Of a DNA stretch of 64,000 nt, positions 16,920 to 28,141 are shown in pieces; positions within the stretch are counted from its first letter, which is position 1; every line of letters starts with the position of its first letter. The DNA lies in IMG/VR virus record IMGVR_UViG_3300035181_000912; one strand, given 5' to 3'. The position numbers and the translations under genes are program-made. The notes under the pieces were generated by a model. It had not been told where the DNA came from. It made no database searches and saw only the letters and a list, made by a program, of their open reading frames with translations. This DNA is from an uncultured virus (IMG/VR IMGVR_UViG_3300035181_000912). Taxonomy: Duplodnaviria; Heunggongvirae; Uroviricota; Caudoviricetes.

Positions 16920-19900
16920 GTGGTAACGCAGTCCAGCAGCCTTCGAGTAGGGATCGACTCAACTGACATGGAGTCGGGTGCCCGCAAGGGCGAGTCGGCG
17001 CTCGACCGCTTGGGCCTCAAGGCGCAACAAACTGAAACTCAGATGAGCGGCGTGACGAAGGCCGCGAGCATCCTTGGTAAGACGTTCGGCGCGCTCGTCG
17101 CGGGCATCGGCGTTGCTTCGGTGCTGGAACAGGCCACCACGGCTGCTCTCGACTTCGGCAAAGGCGTGTCGCTCATCTCGACCCAGGTCGATCCGCTCAC
17201 CTTCGATATGGACGCGCTGACCGCCGCGATGCGAGCGCAAGCCGTCGAGTTCGGGTCGCTTCCAACTGATCAGGTGAAAGCCGGCTACGACATTGTCTCG
17301 GCAGGAGCGACATCTGCAGCGAACGCAATCGAGACCCTGGATGCCGCGAACCGACTTGCCATTGGCGGGGCAACGGACGTGGGCACTGCTGCTGACGTTC
17401 TTACGTCGGTCCTCAATTCTTACGGCGACCAGGTCAAGAGCGTTGCTGCTGTGTCGGACACGCTGTTCATTGGTGCGCGTGCAGGTAAGACGACCATCGA
17501 AGAGCTCGCAGGATCTATCGGCAAAGTCGCGCCGCTAGCAGCAACTGCTGGCGTGTCCTTCGATGAACTGGTCGCATCCGTTTCCGCGCTCACCTTGAGC
17601 GGTGTGCGGACCACCGAAGCCGTGACAGGCGTCCGAGCTATCATGGCGTCGATTGTGAAGCCGACCAAGGAGGCTTCCGACCTTGCAGAATCGCTCGGTC
17701 TCCAGTTCGACGCGGCAGGCCTGAAGGCCCTCGGGTTCGCAGGCTTCATGGAGCAAGTGGTCGAAAAGACCCACGGCTCGACTGAGCAGATGGCGCTCCT
17801 GTTTGGGGGCGTTGAAGCTCTAGTCCCGGCCTTGGCGTTTGCAGGTAATGCAGGCGACTCGATGGCCAAGATCCTGCAACAGATGGCAACTGAGACTGGC
17901 GCGACCTCTGAGGCGTTTAAACGCATGTCCGAGGGTGACGCACAGCGCCTTTCCGTTGCCATGGCGCAAATCCGGGACCTTATGATCGACTTGGGGAGTG
18001 CGATCCTGACGGTCCTGGTTCCCGCGGTCGAGGTCATCGCGAAGACCTTCAAGTTCCTCGCCGACAACGTGGACATCTTGGTCATCGCCATGGGCGTGCT
18101 GGCAGCACGTTCGATCCCTGCGCTGATTGGCGGACTGGTCAGCACGGTGACTTTGCTCGGCACCATGGAAGGCATGTTCATCGCAGGCGCCGTCGCTTCG
18201 ACGGCTTTGGGCGTGGCGATGAACCTCATCCCCTTCGTTGCCGTTGTCACGGGTCTGACGCTGGCCTACCGCTGGTATATGTCAACGGGTAAAGCGACCG
18301 ACGCCTACGCGGCAAGCACACAACAGGCAGCCACTCAGAACGTCGAGTTGACAGGCACGCTCAAGAGCGTAGCTGACGGCTTGGCCGTGACGGGCGACGC
18401 GTTGAAAAGTCTCAGCGTCACCGAAGTGCTGACGGCTTCTGCCACGGCAGCAGATCAACTGAGTGAAGCCACAAGCAAAGTGGGCGACTCGATCATCGCC
18501 ATAGGTGAAGCCGCGCGCAGCGTCGCGGGCATCAACATTACCGAGGAAATGAGCGCGCAGTTCTACGACCTGGCAGTCGCAGTGGAAAAAGGTGAAAAGC
18601 CGTTCTCGGAGCTGAAGGGTCAGTTCGACGCACTTGGGCAAGCCTCGCCTGAGCTTCGCCCGTTCATTGCAGACCTGTTCGCAGCCGTCGGGGCCGCGGA
18701 CAAAGCGCGGGGCCACTCTGATCGTCTCGCGGCGGCGCTGCGCTACTTGAAAGGTGAAGCGACGGATGCTGACCAAGTGCTCCTTGGTCTCATCGGTGGG
18801 GCTGAAGGCGTCGCGGGATCTATGTCGAAAGCTGGCGCCGCGACCTATACGGCAATCCCACCCCTGGCCAAACTTCGCGCGCAGTACGGCGACCTTGCGT
18901 TGACCGTTCGCGATCTCCTTCAGGCGCAGAACGACCTCGCCGCGCAAGACGCCTCCGTCGAGATCAAAAATGTGGTGATTGCTACTTCCGCAGCCGTCGA
19001 GAAGATGGGCTTTGCGACGGCGGCTACCGAGACCTTCAAAACCAAGCTGAATGAGATCAAGACGCTCGACACATTCTCGGCGCAGGCGCAGGCTTTGACC
19101 CAAGTCGCAGCAGAGCTCGTCAACGCTACCGGTGGCGTGTCAAAGATGAATGCAGAGACCCGCAAGGTTTACGATAACCTGCTCGAAGCTGCTCTGAAGG
19201 CTGCTGACTTGGGTAGTCAGATCGACCAGGCGAACGGCAAGGCCGTGCCCCTAGCAGGCGACCTGACCAACGCAGGCAACGCAGCTCAAACCGCCGCGGG
19301 TGGAGCCGACGTCCTGGCAAACAAGTTGAACGTGGCATCTGCTGCGGCCTATGCCCTGCTGCGCAACCTCGCGGGGGTGCCTGCGGCCATCGGCGCGCTC
19401 GCCAATCAGGTCGACCAGCAGGTTGCAGCTCTCGCGCAGCAGAACCGCACGCTGACCTACCAGACAACGCAGGGCCTGTCTGCACAGGCCGCGGGTATCA
19501 AGGCGACGCGTGACGAGGCGATAAACCTGGCACTTGCGAACGGCGCCAACATCGACCAAGCGGCTGCTCTAGGCGCTGCGTTCGACGAGCAGGCAGGGAA
19601 AGCCGAGGCCCTCGCGACTGCTAACGCGGACCTGAGTACCGCTTTGAAGGCAACGGCTACTTCGGGCGCGGCTGCTGCGAGAGGCGCGAGTGCCGCGGGC
19701 AGCGCGGCTGCCAATGCGGAGAAAGACCTCGAGACCTTCACCAAGGGACTCGACACTGAGTTCGGCCGGCTGCAAGCGACGATGGGTGGCGCGGTCGATC
19801 AGGTCAACGCCTGGTATGCTGAGCAGAAAGCCAAACTCGACGCGTTGGGCCTCGCCCATACCGAGTACGCGAACAAGCTGGAAGCCATCTATAACGATCA

Positions 19901-20624
19901 GGTAGCTGCTGCTTACAAGACGGACCTACAGAACGCCACCGACTGGCGCTCGGGCATCGAACGAGCTGTCCGGGGCCTTGGTGAAAGCGTCGGCAATGAG
20001 TCAGACCTTGCGGAAACGGCGCTGACTTCGCTGTTCGACAATGCAGCGAAGTCCATCTCTGACTTCGCGAAGACCGGCACGCTCGACTTCAAGTCGTTCG
20101 CGCGGTCGGTGGTAGCTGACATCTTGCAGATGACCACCAAGATGCTCCTGCTAGCCTCTTTGAAAAGCGTCCTCGGGTTCTCTGATGGTGGCCTCGCAGG
20201 CGGTGGTGGCGGGTCGCCCATCCACCTCGCGACGGGCGGGCGTCTGTCGGGTCCCGGCACGGGCACGTCGGACGCCATTCCTGCTATGCTGAGCGATGGC
20301 GAGTTCGTCGTCAATGCGAAAGCCACTGAGCAGTTCCTACCGCTTCTCGAGATGATAAATTCGGGCAAGCAGATCAAACTCGCAGGTGGCGGGTTGGGCT
20401 CTGAAGGCTCCAGCTTGAGCGTGCCGAAGTCGACTGCGACCTCGGACAATAGCGCGCAGGACGTCGCTAAAGGAGATGCAGGTATTGGGGGCAAGAGACT
20501 GGTCATTCAGAACTACGTCACCTCAAAAGCAATCGCCGAGGCTATGGACACGCCCGCGGGTGAGGTTGTAGTCATCAACATTATCGAGCGTAATCGTTCG
20601 ACCGTCAAAGGGGTCCTCAGCTAA
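16920..20624 (+). CDS. tail tape measure protein
   Basis: 1234 aa, Ala-rich helical, with a TP901-type N-terminal core and C-terminal GPGTGTSDAIPAMLSDGEFVVNA. Confidence 0.92.
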   Translation: MVTQSSSLRVGIDSTDMESGARKGESALDRLGLKAQQTETQMSGVTKAASILGKTFGALVAGIGVASVLEQATTAALDFGKGVSLISTQVDPLTFDMDALTAAMRAQAVEFGSLPTDQVKAGYDIVSAGATSAANAIETLDAANRLAIGGATDVGTAADVLTSVLNSYGDQVKSVAAVSDTLFIGARAGKTTIEELAGSIGKVAPLAATAGVSFDELVASVSALTLSGVRTTEAVTGVRAIMASIVKPTKEASDLAESLGLQFDAAGLKALGFAGFMEQVVEKTHGSTEQMALLFGGVEALVPALAFAGNAGDSMAKILQQMATETGATSEAFKRMSEGDAQRLSVAMAQIRDLMIDLGSAILTVLVPAVEVIAKTFKFLADNVDILVIAMGVLAARSIPALIGGLVSTVTLLGTMEGMFIAGAVASTALGVAMNLIPFVAVVTGLTLAYRWYMSTGKATDAYAASTQQAATQNVELTGTLKSVADGLAVTGDALKSLSVTEVLTASATAADQLSEATSKVGDSIIAIGEAARSVAGINITEEMSAQFYDLAVAVEKGEKPFSELKGQFDALGQASPELRPFIADLFAAVGAADKARGHSDRLAAALRYLKGEATDADQVLLGLIGGAEGVAGSMSKAGAATYTAIPPLAKLRAQYGDLALTVRDLLQAQNDLAAQDASVEIKNVVIATSAAVEKMGFATAATETFKTKLNEIKTLDTFSAQAQALTQVAAELVNATGGVSKMNAETRKVYDNLLEAALKAADLGSQIDQANGKAVPLAGDLTNAGNAAQTAAGGADVLANKLNVASAAAYALLRNLAGVPAAIGALANQVDQQVAALAQQNRTLTYQTTQGLSAQAAGIKATRDEAINLALANGANIDQAAALGAAFDEQAGKAEALATANADLSTALKATATSGAAAARGASAAGSAAANAEKDLETFTKGLDTEFGRLQATMGGAVDQVNAWYAEQKAKLDALGLAHTEYANKLEAIYNDQVAAAYKTDLQNATDWRSGIERAVRGLGESVGNESDLAETALTSLFDNAAKSISDFAKTGTLDFKSFARSVVADILQMTTKMLLLASLKSVLGFSDGGLAGGGGGSPIHLATGGRLSGPGTGTSDAIPAMLSDGEFVVNAKATEQFLPLLEMINSGKQIKLAGGGLGSEGSSLSVPKSTATSDNSAQDVAKGDAGIGGKRLVIQNYVTSKAIAEAMDTPAGEVVVINIIERNRSTVKGVLS

Positions 20625-22114
20625 TGCCGTTCACCAGTGGCACCGCCCGCACACCGTCAGAGCTCCTTAATGCAATCAATACGCATCTGGTAGCGAACGG
20701 CTGGACTAAGCTCCGCGGCGAGACGGACATGGCATGCGCTAGCCCAAAGGCTGCACGCTACTGGCGGATCCTTGTCTGGGAGTCGCAGTCGACAACGTCG
20801 ACGATCCGCGGGATCCAGAAGGTTGAACTTCGCACGACTGCTGGCGGTGCGAACCAAGCGACGACGAGCGCAAATTGGACCTCGTCGTCTGTAGGCACAG
20901 GCACGCCGTCCTTGCTTGTTGCGGGAGGCACGTTCCGATCTGCTGTGATCAACAACCAGCCTTGGTGGGTCGAGTACGACTTTGGGTCTGCGACGACGGT
21001 CCGCGAGGTGCTTATTACAGGGGACGCGACGATTGCGAACTCACCTCGTGACTTCGCCCTCCAGTGGTCGAACGACGGTCTTACTTGGACGACGATGGTC
21101 GAGTATACAGGCCAGACTTGGATAGTGTCTGAAGTCAAGACCTTCACGCTCACGGACGGCTTCTTGTTCTCTCGGCACGTTGCGGCAAGCGCGCCGCGCC
21201 GCTCTGGTCAGAACGAGGCCTTCACGATCAACTCCGACTTTACTGGGACGAGCGCGCGTGACTTCAGCGAAGACATCTGGATCTGGCAGGCGCCCGGCTA
21301 CGACGCAGCACGGAGGGTCTTCATTAGTGCTCGAGGGCAGTGCCGCGAAGCATCAAATACCAACATGATCGAGTGGGACTTCCATATCGGCTACAGCGCG
21401 GCACTTAAGGCGTGGAATAGTCAGGATGGGAATACCGCCCTTTCTCGCTCGCATATGATGGACTCCAACACGGTCAACTACTGGATCTACTCGAACTCGA
21501 AGCGACTCATCCTGATCACTCGGTCGGGAGCACAGGACTATACGTCCACCTACATCGGATTCATGTCGGCCTTTGCTGTGCCCGATGACTACCCGTTCCC
21601 GTTGCTCCTTTCGACGACGGGTCCTGACTCAACTACCTTTTCATCGGGCCAAGTCAACGCGCGTCTTTCAATGTGCGCTGATCCCGGTATCAACGCAGCG
21701 ATAGCTAGGCTGTGGGATGGGGTCCTCGTAAACGTCGGCAACAGGCCCGACGACGCAGCCTCGAACCGCTACCTCCAGTTTCCAACCACGAGTTGGGTCT
21801 GGCCGTACCATACAGGAGCTACCAACCGACCAGTTTGGCCTTTTGGTTGGGGCTCTGATTATGCTGATTACTTGGCAGCTCACGCTTTCGACTACTTCGT
21901 CGCCACAGTTCAGAACGACTTGCCGCTTATTCCTTGCACGGTGCAGCACGGAACCTATGGTAACATCGGGGTCATGGACGGTGTGTTCGCGATCCCGTCA
22001 GGAGGAATTCTGACAGCCCTTCAGGTGCTGACCATCGGTGGTGTTAACTACCGTATATTCCCGAACAGGACACGGCGCGAGCAAGTGTCTTGGATGGCCA
22101 TAAGGGAGGACTAA
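20624..22114 (+). CDS. virion structural/tail protein with discoidin (F5/8-type)-like domain
   Basis: ARYWRI...WVEYDFGS...PRDFALQWSNDGLTW. Directly follows the tape measure gene. Confidence 0.7.
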   Translation: MPFTSGTARTPSELLNAINTHLVANGWTKLRGETDMACASPKAARYWRILVWESQSTTSTIRGIQKVELRTTAGGANQATTSANWTSSSVGTGTPSLLVAGGTFRSAVINNQPWWVEYDFGSATTVREVLITGDATIANSPRDFALQWSNDGLTWTTMVEYTGQTWIVSEVKTFTLTDGFLFSRHVAASAPRRSGQNEAFTINSDFTGTSARDFSEDIWIWQAPGYDAARRVFISARGQCREASNTNMIEWDFHIGYSAALKAWNSQDGNTALSRSHMMDSNTVNYWIYSNSKRLILITRSGAQDYTSTYIGFMSAFAVPDDYPFPLLLSTTGPDSTTFSSGQVNARLSMCADPGINAAIARLWDGVLVNVGNRPDDAASNRYLQFPTTSWVWPYHTGATNRPVWPFGWGSDYADYLAAHAFDYFVATVQNDLPLIPCTVQHGTYGNIGVMDGVFAIPSGGILTALQVLTIGGVNYRIFPNRTRREQVSWMAIRED

Positions 22115-22116
22115 GC

Positions 22117-23193
22117 ATGACCTACTCAACTGGATCTGGATCCTACACCGCTTTGATGGCCGCTGTACTTGCTCATGCAATCACGGACGGCTGGACGACG
22201 ACGGGCGGCAACTGGCCAATTTCGAAAGGTGTTGTCCGCGGCGTCGATTGGGCGACGTTCACCGCGTCTGAGACCGACCGAACGTCGCTCGGTGGGGCTA
22301 GTCGAACGGCTCGCTACATTCGGATCGCTGTCGGTACTTCGACGGCGAATGCGACGTCCAATGCAGGTGCCGACGCGACGTCGGCACAAGTAGGTAATAT
22401 GGATTTCACCATCACGTCATGGCATATTTTCTCGAATCCCGCGCTGTGCGACTACATCCATGTCGTCTGTAATTTCTCGAACGGGACGAACTCAGACTGC
22501 TACACCCAGTTTGGCTTTGGCTGCCTCGACAAGCACGGGATGACCTATACAGGGCTCGTCTACGCGACGGGCAACCCTCGACGAGCTTACTCGTCTTTAT
22601 TCACCTCAGCCTTCTACACAGCCATTGACTACAACTGCGGACCGGCTGGTGGTGCACTAACCCCTTGGACAGGTCGTGCAGGTTTCAGCTATACCACGAA
22701 CTACAACAGCAAGCACGCACTGCAGTGGATCATTGATCCAACGCTGTCGCCCTTGCCGGGGTCAGGTTGGCTCTCGACTGACACTGTGCAAAACGCAGCA
22801 CAGGTGCTCAACCCCATCCAGCCCCATGGCTACGCAACCTCCTACCAGTTCACTACTGGTTGGAGGACAGGACCTACTAGCGCAGACATCCAGTACTCAG
22901 CATGGCCGCAGTTTACTCTGCCGCAGCCTTACTCGGGTGCGGTCAGCATGTCGCCGCTACCATTCATGCTGCTTCAGAACACAGCCAACACCTCGCTACT
23001 CATGTTCCTTGGATCCTTCCCTGACGTGCGATCCTGTAGTATGGAAGGCTACGCGCCCCAAAGCATTGTCACCTACGGCTCAGAAGAGTGGATGTTATTC
23101 CCGCTGATGCGCTCTACCGCGTGGGATCAGTGTCAACAACCCGACGTCGTATCGTCGGGTCGCTCTGGGTTCGCCTTCAAGAAGGTACCTTGA
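22117..23193 (+). CDS. virion structural/tail protein
   Basis: GGAGG RBS and tail module position. N-terminus resembles that of the preceding gene. Confidence 0.7.
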   Translation: MTYSTGSGSYTALMAAVLAHAITDGWTTTGGNWPISKGVVRGVDWATFTASETDRTSLGGASRTARYIRIAVGTSTANATSNAGADATSAQVGNMDFTITSWHIFSNPALCDYIHVVCNFSNGTNSDCYTQFGFGCLDKHGMTYTGLVYATGNPRRAYSSLFTSAFYTAIDYNCGPAGGALTPWTGRAGFSYTTNYNSKHALQWIIDPTLSPLPGSGWLSTDTVQNAAQVLNPIQPHGYATSYQFTTGWRTGPTSADIQYSAWPQFTLPQPYSGAVSMSPLPFMLLQNTANTSLLMFLGSFPDVRSCSMEGYAPQSIVTYGSEEWMLFPLMRSTAWDQCQQPDVVSSGRSGFAFKKVP

Positions 23194-24890
23194 TGCCTAA
23201 CTTCGTCGCATCAGGAGCGACAGTAGCGTTCTTCTCGACGGGCGCCACAGGTGACCGCATTGTTTTCAATGGGACTCAGCGGCCGCGACAAGGTCCATCT
23301 TACACCGACCTGTCGAACGACCTCGCGCCGTTCCCGCGAGAGCTCACGCCTGACACCATCGGGTCTCCTGTTGCGGAGTCGGGTGGCTCGGGCACGGGTC
23401 GCCTTGCCGTCACGCAGCACAGCGACTACCACTATCGCTTCTGGCTATTTCCTTCCTCGTTGAACCTGAATAACCCAGTGCTCAACTCGAACATCGGTTT
23501 TAACATCTGGAACACCTTCCCCGTTCCGCAGACCTTGTCTGCCATCAACGTCTTGGGCAGTTCGGTTTTGATGTTCGACCTGACCCCTGGCGTCTTCAAT
23601 ATCAAAGACTTCCAGGTTGGTTCTGGCAACCTGCAGATCGGCGCAGGTGAACCAACGATTGACGCGAAGATCTCTTTTGTCTTCCCACGCGGTACGGGCG
23701 TCCTTCTTCTCAAGGCGCTCGTCGCGTCCACCTTCAGCATCATCCCAGAAGTACCTGTCGAGGAGTCCTGGGAGTTCATCACGGATAGCTTGATCACCTG
23801 GAACGGCGGTGAGTCGAGGCTGTCGCTCCTCAAGGAGCCTCGCCTCGGTCTGGACATGAAGATCACGCTGGTTGACTTCGCCGACCGACGCAGCCTTTAC
23901 GACTTGATTGCGACGGCGATCCGAGCGCCGTCACTCGTGCCCATGTTCCAGTATGCAACGCCGCTTAATGCAACCACAGCCATTGGTGGGAACAGGATCT
24001 ACTTCGATCCTGTCACAGCGAACGTCCGGACGGGTCAGTATGTCGTTCTTCAGAACCGCCTGACTCAGCAGGTGCTTCTGTCGCTTGTTGGCGCACTCTT
24101 TGCAGACGGCTGCTTGCTAGATTTCGCGGTCGGCATTGAGGTATCGGCACCTCTCTGGTATGTCATGCCTGCGGTTCCTTGCTACATCAATGACCAGTCA
24201 GGATTGAATTTCGGGACGATGGCTGGCACATTCTCGCTCAAAGCAGATGCCTTCACCGAGTTCGCGCTCGAACGCCCAGGCGCAACTCGCACGGTGACGA
24301 TGTTCGACTCGCTGCCTGTGCTTGAGTGGGACCAGTTGATCACGACAGATGAGAAGTTCGCTTACCGTCGCCAAGTATTCGATGGCGGTGTTGGTCAGCG
24401 GAAGTTCTCGTCTCGGGATTTCTCGATCAGGGTTACTCGTTCGCTCAAGTTCTCGGTCAGCCGGCTCAACGACGACCTCGACTATTTCCGGAAGTTCTTT
24501 GCGACCGTTCGCGGCTCGCAGAAGCCCTTCCTCAAGAGCACCCAGCTTCCTGACCTCGGGTTGAACGCTGTTCCTGCAATCAGCGGGTCCACATTGACGC
24601 TCGACCGCGGCGACTACGTCTCGAAGTTCTTCCCCTATGACGCGTTTAAACGCATCGAGATCCTCTACAAGAATGGACAGAAATCCTACCACAAAGTGCT
24701 GTCCGGGACTATTGACTCCTTCGGCGTTACTCAGATCGTCATCTCGCCCGCACTCGCGGCGTCGGTTGAGTATACCTTGATCTCCCGCATCTCCTACTTG
24801 CAGAAACTCACCGCTGCCGATACTGTCCTGCTTGAACATTACAATGACTACTCCTACGTCAAGTTCAATGCACAGACAGTGGAAGCCTGA
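23193..24890 (+). CDS. tail (distal tail-like) protein
   Basis: TGATG coupling at both ends and position before the BR0599-like gene. Confidence 0.65.
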   Translation: MPNFVASGATVAFFSTGATGDRIVFNGTQRPRQGPSYTDLSNDLAPFPRELTPDTIGSPVAESGGSGTGRLAVTQHSDYHYRFWLFPSSLNLNNPVLNSNIGFNIWNTFPVPQTLSAINVLGSSVLMFDLTPGVFNIKDFQVGSGNLQIGAGEPTIDAKISFVFPRGTGVLLLKALVASTFSIIPEVPVEESWEFITDSLITWNGGESRLSLLKEPRLGLDMKITLVDFADRRSLYDLIATAIRAPSLVPMFQYATPLNATTAIGGNRIYFDPVTANVRTGQYVVLQNRLTQQVLLSLVGALFADGCLLDFAVGIEVSAPLWYVMPAVPCYINDQSGLNFGTMAGTFSLKADAFTEFALERPGATRTVTMFDSLPVLEWDQLITTDEKFAYRRQVFDGGVGQRKFSSRDFSIRVTRSLKFSVSRLNDDLDYFRKFFATVRGSQKPFLKSTQLPDLGLNAVPAISGSTLTLDRGDYVSKFFPYDAFKRIEILYKNGQKSYHKVLSGTIDSFGVTQIVISPALAASVEYTLISRISYLQKLTAADTVLLEHYNDYSYVKFNAQTVEA

Positions 24891-25699
24891 TGACTTTTGC
24901 AACACTCGAGACATCTCGAACTGACGGCCAGCCCATCGAGCTCTACGAGTTTGTAGGCACGTTCTCGACGTGGCGATTGACGTCCTACCAAAGCACAGTG
25001 ACCGCAGCTGGTGGGACGTTCATACCCCTTGCAGGCCTCGAGCGAGGCGTTCTGAAGGTTGGTACTCAGGAAGAGGACAGTCTCGCGCTAGACATCACAC
25101 TCCCTTTTGACCACCCGATGGTGTCGGCCTACGCCTACATGACGGCACCGCCCCAGCTCGACTTCACTCTCTACCGTGTTCATCTTGGCGACCTTGCGTC
25201 CCCTGTGACCATGTGGAAAGGCAAAGTTACGGCCTTCTCGGTCGAAGGTCGAAAAGCCAAATTCCGCGTCCCCTCGTTGTTCTCCTATATGCTTGGTGGT
25301 GTCGCGCCGCAGCCTCGTTTCCAGGCGCCGTGCAACCACGTCCTCTACGACGTGCGCTGCTCGATCAGTGCGGCTGCGAACTCGCACACCACGACGGTGA
25401 CTGCTATCGCTGATCGGTTGATCTCAGTCGCGTCGAACCCGTACTTAGCCGGTGACTGTAACGCAGGCGAACTCGTCTTCGCAGGAGGTAACCAGTCCCG
25501 AATGATCATGGGCAACACGGGACTCGACTTCACGGTGACCTATCCTTTCGCAGGGCTCACAATCGGCGCCTCTGTGACTCTCCGTAGGGGCTGTGACCAC
25601 TCCTTCGAGACGTGCAAGACGAAGTTCTCGAACGGCATCAACTACGGCGGGACGCCACTGGTTCCCGACCACAACCCTTTCTCGAGTAAAATCAGATGA
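24890..25699 (+). CDS. tail hub protein, BR0599/GTA-like
   Basis: PIELYEF, CNHVLYDVRC and GCDHSFETCKTKFSNGINYGGTP. Confidence 0.88.
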   Translation: MTFATLETSRTDGQPIELYEFVGTFSTWRLTSYQSTVTAAGGTFIPLAGLERGVLKVGTQEEDSLALDITLPFDHPMVSAYAYMTAPPQLDFTLYRVHLGDLASPVTMWKGKVTAFSVEGRKAKFRVPSLFSYMLGGVAPQPRFQAPCNHVLYDVRCSISAAANSHTTTVTAIADRLISVASNPYLAGDCNAGELVFAGGNQSRMIMGNTGLDFTVTYPFAGLTIGASVTLRRGCDHSFETCKTKFSNGINYGGTPLVPDHNPFSSKIR

Positions 25700-28134
25700 T
25701 TTGGTGGACCCTCGCTCTTTTCGTCATCTCGTTTCTTGTCACGGCGGTCCTTGCGCCGAAGCCACACATTGAAGACGCTCGACCCAGCGCGCTCAACCCG
25801 GAAACCTTTCCGCGGGCGACGGAAGACGCGCCGATCCCGCTGGTCCTTGGTAAGGTTCGCTTCACCGCTCCCAACACTATCTGGTATGGAGACTACCAAG
25901 TAGTCCCGCTCACCGAGACCGTCAGGACAGGACTCTTCTCGAAGAAACGAGTGACGGTTGCGTACCAGTACTACCTCGGTATCGACCTCGCCCTCTGCAT
26001 GGGCCCGACTGTGCAGCTTCATGAGATCTACATGGACGACACGCAGATCTGGTCGGATTCGACGTCAACGACGGTTGCCACGAGTGGCTCGGTTTCTGCG
26101 ACTGAATTGTTCGGCGGCTACAAGAACGGTGGTGGGTTCAGCGGTGCCTTTACTTACTATCCCGGATCGTTCGATCAGCCAGTCAACTCCTACGTTGAAG
26201 GTTTCGTTGGTTCTGGCAATGTGCCTGCTTACCGTGGGCTGTCGCACATTGTCTTCCAAGCCTGCAACATTGGTGAGTCCTCCCAGCTGCGAAAGGTGGC
26301 TTTCATAATCTCGTCCCACTCGAACGCGATTGCCGCACCTAACTCAGGCACAGTCGGCGGAGGAGACATGAACCCGATGGAGGCGCTCTACCAGGTGATG
26401 ACCGACGCGTGGCGCGGACTCGGGATTGCCGCGTCGCTGATTGACTTACCGTCCTTCCAGGCTGCGGCAACGACGCTCTACAACGAAGGCAACGGCGTCT
26501 CGGTCCTTGTCACGTCGAGCAGCACGGGCAAGACGATCATATCCGAGATCCTTCGTCAGATAGACGGGATCATGTACCAGGATCCCGAAACAGGCAAGTT
26601 CATGGTCAAGCTGATCCGCTTCGACTACGATCCTGCTTTGATCCCCGTCTATGACGAGGATGACGTGATCCAGATCCGCAACTTCACCAAGACGTCCTGG
26701 GAGGACGTGATCTCTCAAGTCAAGGTCTCATTCCCTCAACGTGACAAGGAGTCGAGCGCGGTTGCTATCTCGATGGATCAAGCAAATGCAAACATGATCG
26801 GTCGCTTGAAGACAAGCACTCTCTCATTCCCGTTCTGCTACGATGTGGACACCGCGAACAAGATCGCCTCCCGCGAGCGCGCCACGTCGTCTATGCCATT
26901 GTTCCGCGTGACCATCGAGATGAACAGGAATGCCTACACCTTGCGACCAGGTGACGTTTTCAAACTCAACTGGCCTGAGTATGGCTTGTCAGAAGCCATC
27001 TTCCGCGTCCAGAAACATGACCTCGGCTCACTCCTGGATAACAAGATTGTCCTCGAGTGCTTGCAGGACTCTTTCGCGCAGTCGACGGTGGTCTTCTCGG
27101 CACCTGTGTCGAGTGCTTGGACGCCTACTGTGATGGCGCCTTCGACCGTCGCGACCTTCGACCTGATTGAGATGACTCGCTTCCACGGGCTCAAGCTGGC
27201 CTATCCCGTCGCGGATGGAAAGGCCTCAGTCGTTCCTCTCGCGCTTAAACCGAGCTCTGCTTCGACGGGGTTCGACCTGCTCGTGGGCGCAACCTCAGGC
27301 ATGCTTGACGTCCTCGAGCCGACAGAAGTGCTCTACCCGGCCACCGGCGTCATCTCGACCAACTACCCTGCAACGGTTGGCTTGACTGGAATCGACGCGA
27401 CTGGGTTCACCATCAACTCGCCTTCAGGCGTCTTCAACGTGCCAACGACCGACGAACTGACCAATGGTGAAGGTGGGTTGCTTTACATCAATGGCGAGTG
27501 GATGAGCTACACAGGAGCGACCGGGACCACCTCGATCACGGTATCAGGCATCCGTCGCGGGTTATTCGGCACGACGCCCAAGGATCACACCTCGGGTACT
27601 CGGATCTGGCATGTGACGTCTGAGCACTTCGGTGAAGGCACGATTGCCTCGACACTCGGTGCGTTGGGAACGGCCTACTACAAGATACTCGATCGAGTAG
27701 GGCCGACGCTGCGGTCAGCCGCTGTCGAAGCACAGCAAAGCCGCGCGATGAGCGATGTTGCTAACCGTCCTGCACGTCCTCGGAACGTGCAGATCTCGGC
27801 CTCGCGGACGCCTACCGTCAACATGGCGGTGGACCGCCCTGTGACCTGGGTCTCTTCGAACCGCAACGCGACCACCGTCACCTACGAGCAGGACGCGGCG
27901 CAGACGCCAGACCAAACTGAGACCTACGACGTCGAGGTCTACTTCGGCGGCGTTCTGCAATCAGGTCTGACTCTGACCGGCGTAGCATCGGGAACCAACG
28001 TCGCTTTCAGCACGCTCAGCGGCCCCCTTGTCGTCGCGAACGCAGAAGCCCGCGTGACGTCGCGGCGCATAGGCGGCGACACCAAGTCCTCGGCCTACTA
28101 CGCCTCCCTGCCGTTCTCGATCAACATCCCGTGA
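25696..28134 (+). CDS. tail tip/central tail protein
   Basis: PIPLVLG...PNTIWYGD, VPAYRGL and LRPGDVF motifs. 812 aa. Confidence 0.82.
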   Translation: MIWWTLALFVISFLVTAVLAPKPHIEDARPSALNPETFPRATEDAPIPLVLGKVRFTAPNTIWYGDYQVVPLTETVRTGLFSKKRVTVAYQYYLGIDLALCMGPTVQLHEIYMDDTQIWSDSTSTTVATSGSVSATELFGGYKNGGGFSGAFTYYPGSFDQPVNSYVEGFVGSGNVPAYRGLSHIVFQACNIGESSQLRKVAFIISSHSNAIAAPNSGTVGGGDMNPMEALYQVMTDAWRGLGIAASLIDLPSFQAAATTLYNEGNGVSVLVTSSSTGKTIISEILRQIDGIMYQDPETGKFMVKLIRFDYDPALIPVYDEDDVIQIRNFTKTSWEDVISQVKVSFPQRDKESSAVAISMDQANANMIGRLKTSTLSFPFCYDVDTANKIASRERATSSMPLFRVTIEMNRNAYTLRPGDVFKLNWPEYGLSEAIFRVQKHDLGSLLDNKIVLECLQDSFAQSTVVFSAPVSSAWTPTVMAPSTVATFDLIEMTRFHGLKLAYPVADGKASVVPLALKPSSASTGFDLLVGATSGMLDVLEPTEVLYPATGVISTNYPATVGLTGIDATGFTINSPSGVFNVPTTDELTNGEGGLLYINGEWMSYTGATGTTSITVSGIRRGLFGTTPKDHTSGTRIWHVTSEHFGEGTIASTLGALGTAYYKILDRVGPTLRSAAVEAQQSRAMSDVANRPARPRNVQISASRTPTVNMAVDRPVTWVSSNRNATTVTYEQDAAQTPDQTETYDVEVYFGGVLQSGLTLTGVASGTNVAFSTLSGPLVVANAEARVTSRRIGGDTKSSAYYASLPFSINIP

Positions 28135-28141
28135 GGATAGA

